A stretch of 64,000 nt of DNA from Candidatus Latescibacterota bacterium (GTDB taxonomy: Bacteria > Latescibacterota > UBA2968 > UBA8231), in the NCBI GenBank assembly GCA_965206595.1, contig OZ242214.1, forward strand, positions 4,320,001 through 4,384,000, read 5' to 3'. The notes beneath the pieces are model-generated. The model was not told where the DNA came from. It did no database searches and saw only the letters and a list, made by a program, of their open reading frames with translations. Numbering within the stretch: the first letter of the stretch is position 1; every line of letters starts with the position of its first letter. Of this stretch, positions 54,662-64,000 are shown one piece after another. The translations under genes and the position numbers were made by a program.

Positions 54662-57265
54662 CTACCGGTTCGCCTCGGCCAGCAGCGCTGCGATCTCGCG
54701 CCGCGCCTCCAGCAGGTCCTCCGGGCTGCGGCTGTAGTCGGTGAGGGAGCCGAGGCGGTCGTCGATCGCCAGGGCAGCCTCCGCGCGCTTCAGCCATCCC
54801 TCCGGAACCTCGAGCTCGCCGCTGCGGACTTTCGAGGCGGCCTGCTCGAGCAGCCACAGGTACTCGTAGTCCTCCAGCCCGTCCCGCATGTTCTTCATGC
54901 GGATCGAGGGAACCGGCCCGTCCGGGCCAGGGTAGAAGATGATGCCGGCGCCGTTGTACCTGCCGGTGCCGGTGCCGCGGGCGTTGGTGAGCGGCCCGCG
55001 GTTCACGGTCTCCGTCCACTGGTTGAGGCACCAGTAGAGGAAGCCGTCGCTGCCGGCCCGGTAGGGCATGAATCCCATGAGCAGCCGGTGTTCCACCGCG
55101 CCGTCCTCGATGCGGACGTTCGGGTACGGCTCGTCGGGCCCGGCGGTGATGTACCACCAGATCTCGCGGCCGCGCTCGCGCGCCGCGGCCACCGCCGGCG
55201 TCGTCTGGTTGTAGACGTTGATTCCCGGCACCCAGATGTCGACGTAGGGATCGAGGCCGCTGTCGATGCCGTAGGAGTCGTCGTACGCCGTCGTCATCAG
55301 CGGGATGCCCGGGTACAGCCGCTTGATCTCGCCGTGGATGTCCATGATGGAGTCGAAGCGGTTCTCCGACACCTCGTCGAAGGTGAAGATGTAGGCCATG
55401 TCGAGCATGCCCGCTTCCCGGAAGCGCGGCACCCCTTCGGCGAGCGCCTCGAACAGCACCTTGAGGCGTCCGGCCGGGTAGGGCTCCTCGCGCGGAAGGT
55501 TGCCGTAGGCCTGGACGGCGAGCAGCACGAACCTGCGGGCGCCGTGCTCGTGCCAGAGCCGGACCCACTCGGTCGGCGGGGACTTGCGGTAGCGGAAGAT
55601 GTCGTCCGGGAACATCCGGTGGGCGAGGACGAGTTCGACGTTCTTGCGATGGACCTCGGCCACGTGCCGGGCCCGGGGGGTGAGCCCGGATTCGTCGAGC
55701 CGGCCGCCGATGTACTTCAGCATCTTCTCCAGGTCGGCGCGATCGTCGAAGTAGAAGGCGCCGCTCGACTGCGGCCAGTAGGTGAGGGAGAGGGGAAAGT
55801 GGTGCTCCACCGGAACCGCGAAATCCCAAACCTCGACCTCGAACGGCACCTCGAGCGGCGGCAGCGCCTCCCCGGAGCCGCCGCTTCCGGCGGTGACGGC
55901 GATTGTGCCGGAGTACAGGCCCGGCGCCTGGTCCGGGGCGGTGCGCACGTCGAGCCAGACCGGCTGCCAGACGTTGGCGTCGAGCTCGAAGCCGTCGAGA
56001 AAGTCGAGCAGCGGGTCCGGCCACCAGCCCTGGTGCTCGACGTCGTAGGGGGGCGGCAGGGTGTTGACGTAGCCCACTGGCAGCACCTCGACCTGCCCAG
56101 ACTCGATGCGGTTGCCCCCCGGCCCGGCCAGGTCGCTGACGGCAACGCGCACGTCCCGCAGCGGGTAGGTGGCGGGGACCGCGGGGTAGCGCAGGACGAG
56201 CTGCACCCCTTCGCTCTCGTTGGCCGCCAGCTCGACCCGCACGGTGCCGCCGATCTCGCCGTGAAACGGCAGTTCCCGGGAATCGCGGAATACCTTCGTC
56301 ATGCCGTGAGTCCAGCCGTACCCCCAGCCGCTGTCCCCGGCCTGCACCGCGAACCGGTCCTCCTTGGCCCGGACAACAAGCCGCGCCAGCCTGCTTCGGA
56401 CCCCCCGCACCTGTCCCACCCAGCGCCCGGCTGCGGCTTCGTCCCCGTCCGCGGCGATCTGCGTCCACTTCCCGGCGAGCCTGTCGAGCTCCCCTTCGAT
56501 CTCGCGCAGGTTGGCGCGCACGTGGAGGGTCCGCGGCTCCTCCTCGATGCCGGCGATGAGCTCGGCGGCCCGGTCGGCGAGCCGGCGCACGTCCCCCAGA
56601 TCCCCGGTCTCGAGCCGGACGTGGTCGAGGTTGATTTCGATTTTTCGCGGGGGATCGGCGAAGAAGAAGCGCAGCTCGTCGATGGTGGAGACGTGATCGA
56701 CGTCGACCCGCAGGGTCTGCCAGCCCGGCTGCAGGACAACCTGTTCGAGCCCGGGGTGGTCGCCGAAGCGGATCCACAGGTGCACGGGGAGGAGCTCGGC
56801 GGGGTTGAATGTCTCGAAGACCAGGTGCCGGTAAGGGGACCAGTCCCGCACCGGAAGCTTCTCTCCGGTGAGGTGGATCGCCGGCCAGCCGCGGCCCTTC
56901 CAGGTATCGTCCGCGGAGACCCCGCCTTCACTGACGGAAGGGACGACGAGCCGTGCGGAGGCCCGGCCGTGACGGACGCGGTCCGTGTCGAGCTCCCAGC
57001 GCATCGGCGTCGGGGTAGGGGCCAGCTCCCAGCGCGCCAGCTCTTCGGCGTCCTCGAAGTCGGCGAGGATCGCCGAAACGACAGGAGGGGAACCGGAGTC
57101 GGCGGCGTCTCCAAACCCCGGAGAAGCCAAGGCCAGGGCGAGAGCCGCGGCCAATGCAAAGGAGGCCGCGGCCCCCAGCCCCGGGAAGGCCAGGACCAAT
57201 GGGTGAGAGGGGGTCCACACTGAAGCGACAGCCGGGGTCGACCGGCGATGGCTAACTTTTCTCAT
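54662..57265 (-). CDS. Exported DUF4091/GH123-like glycoside hydrolase
   Basis: AANESEGVQL, WPDPL, VWDFAVP, FDE, WWY, GFLYW, YPG...PSIRMKNMRDGLEDYEYL. Confidence 0.78.
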   Translation of the reverse strand: MRKVSHRRSTPAVASVWTPSHPLVLAFPGLGAAASFALAAALALALASPGFGDAADSGSPPVVSAILADFEDAEELARWELAPTPTPMRWELDTDRVRHGRASARLVVPSVSEGGVSADDTWKGRGWPAIHLTGEKLPVRDWSPYRHLVFETFNPAELLPVHLWIRFGDHPGLEQVVLQPGWQTLRVDVDHVSTIDELRFFFADPPRKIEINLDHVRLETGDLGDVRRLADRAAELIAGIEEEPRTLHVRANLREIEGELDRLAGKWTQIAADGDEAAAGRWVGQVRGVRSRLARLVVRAKEDRFAVQAGDSGWGYGWTHGMTKVFRDSRELPFHGEIGGTVRVELAANESEGVQLVLRYPAVPATYPLRDVRVAVSDLAGPGGNRIESGQVEVLPVGYVNTLPPPYDVEHQGWWPDPLLDFLDGFELDANVWQPVWLDVRTAPDQAPGLYSGTIAVTAGSGGSGEALPPLEVPFEVEVWDFAVPVEHHFPLSLTYWPQSSGAFYFDDRADLEKMLKYIGGRLDESGLTPRARHVAEVHRKNVELVLAHRMFPDDIFRYRKSPPTEWVRLWHEHGARRFVLLAVQAYGNLPREEPYPAGRLKVLFEALAEGVPRFREAGMLDMAYIFTFDEVSENRFDSIMDIHGEIKRLYPGIPLMTTAYDDSYGIDSGLDPYVDIWVPGINVYNQTTPAVAAARERGREIWWYITAGPDEPYPNVRIEDGAVEHRLLMGFMPYRAGSDGFLYWCLNQWTETVNRGPLTNARGTGTGRYNGAGIIFYPGPDGPVPSIRMKNMRDGLEDYEYLWLLEQAASKVRSGELEVPEGWLKRAEAALAIDDRLGSLTDYSRSPEDLLEARREIAALLAEANR

Positions 57266-58056
57266 GACAGCACCTTCTCCTTCTCGAGGTAACTGCTCCA
57301 AATAAGGTCCAGGCCCCGGGCGGCCCCCAGGGGAACCTTCACGTCTACCAGGTGGGACACGTCGCTCGAACCCGGGTTGATCTCTATGGTGGGCCGGCCC
57401 ATCCGGCTGGCTGCCTCAACCGGCCCCGAGATATAGGGGAAGAGGCTCGAGGTGCCGACGGTGAAGACGCAGTCGAACCCGAGGGCCAGCTCTTCCTTCA
57501 ATAGCTGCACCTTGTCGAGGGGAAGCATTTCCCCGAACAGCACCACGTCGGGCCGCAGCATGGCCTCGCAGCGCGGGCACAGCGGCGGCAGCGTGAGATG
57601 GCGAAAATCCTCGACCGTCTCCCGGAAGGGACAGGCCGTGCACATGAGCTGGTGAAGATCCCCGTGTATGTCGATCACGTTCCTCGAGCCGGCGGCGCGA
57701 TGGAATCCGTCGACGTTCTGGGTCAGGGTCCAGACCCTTTCGAAGCGATTCTCGATTTCGGCCACCACCTCGTGGGCACGGTTGAACCGCGCTCCCCGGC
57801 AGGCGGCCTCGATCTGTCCCAGGTATTTCCAGGTGAGCGCCGGATCCCGCCTCATGGTATTTCCCGACAGCACCTTTTCGATAGGCATCCCGTCCTCGGT
57901 GGAACCGACATCGTAGAGCCCACCCACACCCTGGTAGGTCGGAATCCCGGAGTCCGCGGAGATGCCGGCCCCCGTGACGAAGAGCACGCTTTCACATCCG
58001 TGCAGAATGCTCGCTGCACGCTCGATCTCCTGCGCATGGCGGCCGGGGTCGTTCAT
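57262..58056 (-). CDS. cobB: NAD-dependent protein deacylase (sirtuin)
   Basis: TGAGISADSGIPTY, TQNVDGFH, IHG, 2x CxxC, RPDVVLFGE, GTS, INP. Confidence 0.92.
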   Translation of the reverse strand: MNDPGRHAQEIERAASILHGCESVLFVTGAGISADSGIPTYQGVGGLYDVGSTEDGMPIEKVLSGNTMRRDPALTWKYLGQIEAACRGARFNRAHEVVAEIENRFERVWTLTQNVDGFHRAAGSRNVIDIHGDLHQLMCTACPFRETVEDFRHLTLPPLCPRCEAMLRPDVVLFGEMLPLDKVQLLKEELALGFDCVFTVGTSSLFPYISGPVEAASRMGRPTIEINPGSSDVSHLVDVKVPLGAARGLDLIWSSYLEKEKVLS

Positions 58057-58245
58057 TTCGGGGTTTGCCGTATCTGCGGACAATGGTCCTGCCGGCAAGA
58101 TATGCAAAATCGCACCTCCTTGAAGGGAACCGTTTTTCCTGAGTCGTCGCTGCCGGACGGTCACGGCGGAGCCAAAGCATATTGCCTCACTCTCCAGGTG
58201 GCCACGGTTAAGCATCGGCCGCATCCCCGGCCACCCGGAGCTCGT

Positions 58246-59040
58246 TCAATCTTCCAGCCTGTGCCCGCAGTTGGGGCAGTGCCGCGCGTGCTCGTGCCGG
58301 CTCTGCAGCTCGTCGACGAAGCCGGCCCCGAGGATGCCCGCGGGCAGGGCGAACATGCCGATCCCCAGTACCGCGATACAGGCGGCGATCAACTTCCCCA
58401 TCGCGGTGACCGGATAGTAGTCGCCGTACCCGACCGTGGTCAGGGTGATCACCCCCCACCACATGGTCTGCGGGATGCTGGAGAACTTGTCGGGCTGATC
58501 GTCGTGCTCGGCGAAGTACATGAGCGAGGCGGAGATCACCAGCAGGGTCACCAGCACGAAGAAGATGCTGGCCAGCTCTCCCCGTTTTCCCAGCACCACC
58601 CGCCCGAGCAGCCTCAGGGCGCTCGAATAGCGGAACAGCTTCGCCAGGCGGAAGAAGCGCAGCATGCGGACGATGCGGATGAAGCGCATGTCGATGCCGA
58701 GCAGCGGCAGGTAGAGCGGCAGGATGGCGAGGAGATCGATGAGGGCCAGCGGCGTCACGAAGAAACGGAGCCGGCCAATGATGGGGCGGGGGTACCTCGG
58801 GTCCGCAGTGCAGGACCACATTCGCAGGACGTACTCGATGCTGAAGATGATCAGGGAGATCCGCTCGAACCAATGGAAGGCGGCCGGATTGAGGGAATAG
58901 ACCGGTTCCACCGTTTCCAGGGTCAGGCTCAGGATGTTGAGGAAAATCAACCCGATGATGCCCAGGTCCACTGCCCGGCTGTGGGGGTCTCCGTCCGTCG
59001 ACACGGCCAGGAGATGGTGAACGCGCTCCTTCAGCGGCAT
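58246..59040 (-). CDS. Voltage-gated potassium channel (6TM ion transporter)
   Basis: S4 Arg repeat RFIRIVRMLRFFRLAKLFR; selectivity filter TTVGYGD; C-terminal CPNCG. Confidence 0.93.
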   Translation of the reverse strand: MPLKERVHHLLAVSTDGDPHSRAVDLGIIGLIFLNILSLTLETVEPVYSLNPAAFHWFERISLIIFSIEYVLRMWSCTADPRYPRPIIGRLRFFVTPLALIDLLAILPLYLPLLGIDMRFIRIVRMLRFFRLAKLFRYSSALRLLGRVVLGKRGELASIFFVLVTLLVISASLMYFAEHDDQPDKFSSIPQTMWWGVITLTTVGYGDYYPVTAMGKLIAACIAVLGIGMFALPAGILGAGFVDELQSRHEHARHCPNCGHRLED

Positions 59041-59132
59041 GGAATACCTCGCGGAAATTGGGATACGTATAGCAGGGATTCAGCGATCAGTCGGCGGTAA
59101 ACCATATCCCCGATCGAACAGGTCATACGTCT

Positions 59133-59187
59133 TCAGGCTACCGCCCATCCTTCGGACAGGACTCGGCCTGTTCCAGCACGGCCTGCG
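59133..59187 (-). repeat. Degenerate duplicate of the hsdR 3' end (matches 59739-59794)
   Basis: 47/56 identical with a 1-nt gap; reads AVLEQAE/LSEGWAVA* versus [16 protein letters not shown]. Confidence 0.88.
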
Positions 59188-59242
59188 CTCCTGGGATAGC
59201 AGGGCCTCAACAACGTGCCAGGTGAGCGGCAACGGCAATCGT

Positions 59243-59479
59243 TCAGTGATCCGCCTTGGCCTCCGTTACCTCTGCCACCTCCACCACCTCGGCAGTCGCT
59301 TGGGGTTCCGGGACGGTTTCGCCGTCTTCAAGCATACCTTCGATATGGAACTCGATGGCCTCTCTGATTTCATCCAGCAACTCTTCCCGGGTGCTCGCCG
59401 TAGCAACGCAGCCGGGAAGGTCGGGCACATAGGCCGCATAGTTGTTGGGGGACTGTTCAATTACGATGGTGTATTTCAT
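59243..59479 (-). CDS. hicB: HicB family antitoxin
   Basis: YAAYVPDLPGCVAT...REAIEFHIEG...PEP. Confidence 0.92.
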   Translation of the reverse strand: MKYTIVIEQSPNNYAAYVPDLPGCVATASTREELLDEIREAIEFHIEGMLEDGETVPEPQATAEVVEVAEVTEAKADH

Positions 59480-59679
59480 GGGCAGGATAACTCCTTTTGG
59501 CCGGATTGTTTCAATATGCTGTTCCAGGTTCCTGGAGGAAGATCGTCGCCTGGCTTTCCGGGAATGGTTACACGGCCAGGTTTTTCTGGATGTTTGAATT
59601 GGCGGTGGCTTCCCTTGGTACGAACCAGCCGCCATCCGTCCCGCTCTATCAATTCAATTGCTTCTCTAACCTTGGGCAT
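59476..59679 (-). CDS. hicA: HicA family mRNA interferase toxin
   Basis: DGWRLVRTKGSHRQFKHPEKPGRVTIPG...GTWNSILKQSG. Confidence 0.94.
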   Translation of the reverse strand: MPKVREAIELIERDGWRLVRTKGSHRQFKHPEKPGRVTIPGKPGDDLPPGTWNSILKQSGQKELSCP

Positions 59680-59738
59680 GATCAACTAAAAAGGCACTGG
59701 GCGGATCCCGAACTGAATCTTTTGGGAGGCAAACCTAC

Positions 59739-62881
<3,143 letters not shown>

Positions 62882-62885
<4 letters not shown>

Positions 62886-63301
62886 GGGGGATCCCAAGGG
62901 TTGACGAGCTCGACATTCAAGCTTTCGAAGTCCTTCACGTTACGAGTGACTATCGCCATGCCGTTGGCCATTGCGGTTCCTGCGATAAGCGCGTCGCCGA
63001 GCTCCAACCTTCCACCACTCCGATGCACGCGCGCCTGGAATGCAGCGGCCCACTCGGCTTCCCGCCTCCCAATCGGGGATATGCGCCCTTCAAAGTCCGC
63101 CAGAAGCAGAGACAGCCATTCCCTCAATCTATCGCGGCGGCCGCCCTCCGGGAGAAGTTGAACACCCAATTCAAGCTCCTCGACGACGATAGCCGGGAGC
63201 CACAGATTTTCCTGTGCGTTCAGATAGTCCATGACACCCGGGTTCGGATTTTCCCTGGTCAATTCCGAAACCACATTGGTGTCCAGGAGATAACCGCTCA
63301 T
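62882..63301 (-). CDS. vapC: VapC-type PIN domain toxin
   Basis: [32 protein letters not shown]. Confidence 0.93.
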
Positions 63302-63576
63302 TCGTCCGCTTCGTCGATAAACGGGATTTTGCGGCTACTCTTGCGGCTACTCGGGATCTCAAGGTTGGTGCCGCGTGGCGTATTTGCAACGAGCCACTGG
63401 CCCAAGGGTATGGACTCCGGCGCCCGAGCCTGCCATACATGCTCGGGCACTACGATGAAAGGTCGCCGGGCACCGATGCGCTGGGGACCTTGCGTTTCGG
63501 CAAGACGCAGGATTTCGGATAGCCGAGCCTTGGCCTCGGCAACCGTCCAGACGCGGCCGGGATCGGAGGAAAGCAT
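63298..63576 (-). CDS. Phd/YefM-type antitoxin
   Basis: WTVAEAKARLSEILRLA...GPQRI; coupled to vapC. Confidence 0.88.
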   Translation of the reverse strand: MLSSDPGRVWTVAEAKARLSEILRLAETQGPQRIGARRPFIVVPEHVWQARAPESIPLGQWLVANTPRGTNLEIPSSRKSSRKIPFIDEADE

Positions 63577-63604
63577 GGTTGGTCTCCCTTGAGAAAGGTT
63601 GACG

Positions 63605-63621
63605 TAGTCTATAATGGACTA
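63605..63621. promoter_or_regulatory. Putative operator of the phd-vapC operon
   Basis: Inverted repeat TAGTC-TATAATG-GACTA just upstream of the antitoxin RBS. Confidence 0.5.
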
Positions 63622-63750
63622 TGGCCCGCCGTCAGGCAAGCTGGCAAGGGACACCGGGGCGATGTCCGGTTCGCCGAGGAGCTGCCAACCGCCGCCGGAG
63701 AGCCAAACCAAGGTGGCCTGTTCAACGTCGGATTCGGTGAGGGTGGTCAT
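63619..63750 (-). pseudogene. Truncated duplicate of the hsdR 5' end
   Basis: MTTLTESDVEQATLVWLSGGGWQLLGEPDIAP versus Hsd[33 protein letters not shown]; 73/96 nt identical; stops after 43 codons. Confidence 0.9.
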
Positions 63751-63759
63751 TGGGGGGTC

Positions 63760-63972
63760 CTATGCCAGCATCAGGCGTTCGCCCTTGGGTTCCGGAATGG
63801 GATCTCCGTATTCCCGAGCCGTTTCAAGCCACAGCTCCACGGCCTGGTTGATATGCTCCAGTGCCGCCTCCTGGGTGCTGCCGTGGGCCGCGCATCCGGG
63901 GAGTTCGGGGGCTTCGGCTACAAAGGCGCTGTCTTCATTGCTCCAGTAGATGATAATCTCGTACTTATGCAT
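63760..63972 (-). CDS. hicB: HicB family antitoxin
   Basis: MHKYEIIIYWSNEDSAFVAEAPELPGCAAHG...WLETAREYGDPIPEPKG; partner may lie beyond the window. Confidence 0.92.
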   Translation of the reverse strand: MHKYEIIIYWSNEDSAFVAEAPELPGCAAHGSTQEAALEHINQAVELWLETAREYGDPIPEPKGERLMLA

Positions 63973-64000
63973 CAGCCTCTCTCCAACGGTGACTTGAGAC

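Noticed and set aside
57262-58056. Defence-type SIR2 (Thoeris/DSR)
   Set aside because: Canonical CobB-like size with Zn-binding CxxC pairs and no partner defence domains

Overview
High-GC bacterial chromosomal segment. The gene content (PorZ-like propeller, DUF4159, DUF4175, LptD-like, ECF-TPR sigma, PhyH paralogs) suggests an FCB-group lineage; this is an inference. It has three zones. (1) 1-6271: the decayed end of a phage- or satellite-like element integrated at tRNA-Lys(CTT), with head-tail connector, head-closure and frameshifted portal genes, interrupted by a degenerate IS66 and a degenerate IS630. (2) 6580-37089: an intact + strand housekeeping block (TPR, efp, accB, accC, gcvH, HNH, scpA, scpB, rluB, cmk, rpsA, mutS, rlmB, LptD-like, dtd, maf, RodZ-like, priA) followed by an uncharacterised envelope cluster. 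(3) 37355-64000: a mostly - strand accessory region with catabolic oxidoreductases, gdhA, an ATPase-TOPRIM (OLD/PARIS-like) gene, glycoside hydrolases, a sirtuin, a K+ channel, type I R-M hsdR and six toxin-antitoxin loci. The most striking signal is that three TA modules (higA, hicAB, phd-vapC) each sit between a host gene terminus and a diverged duplicate of that same terminus, with no integrase or transposase nearby. This suggests TA cassettes that move by gene-end replacement. Family assignments come from motif recognition by eye; no database searches were run.
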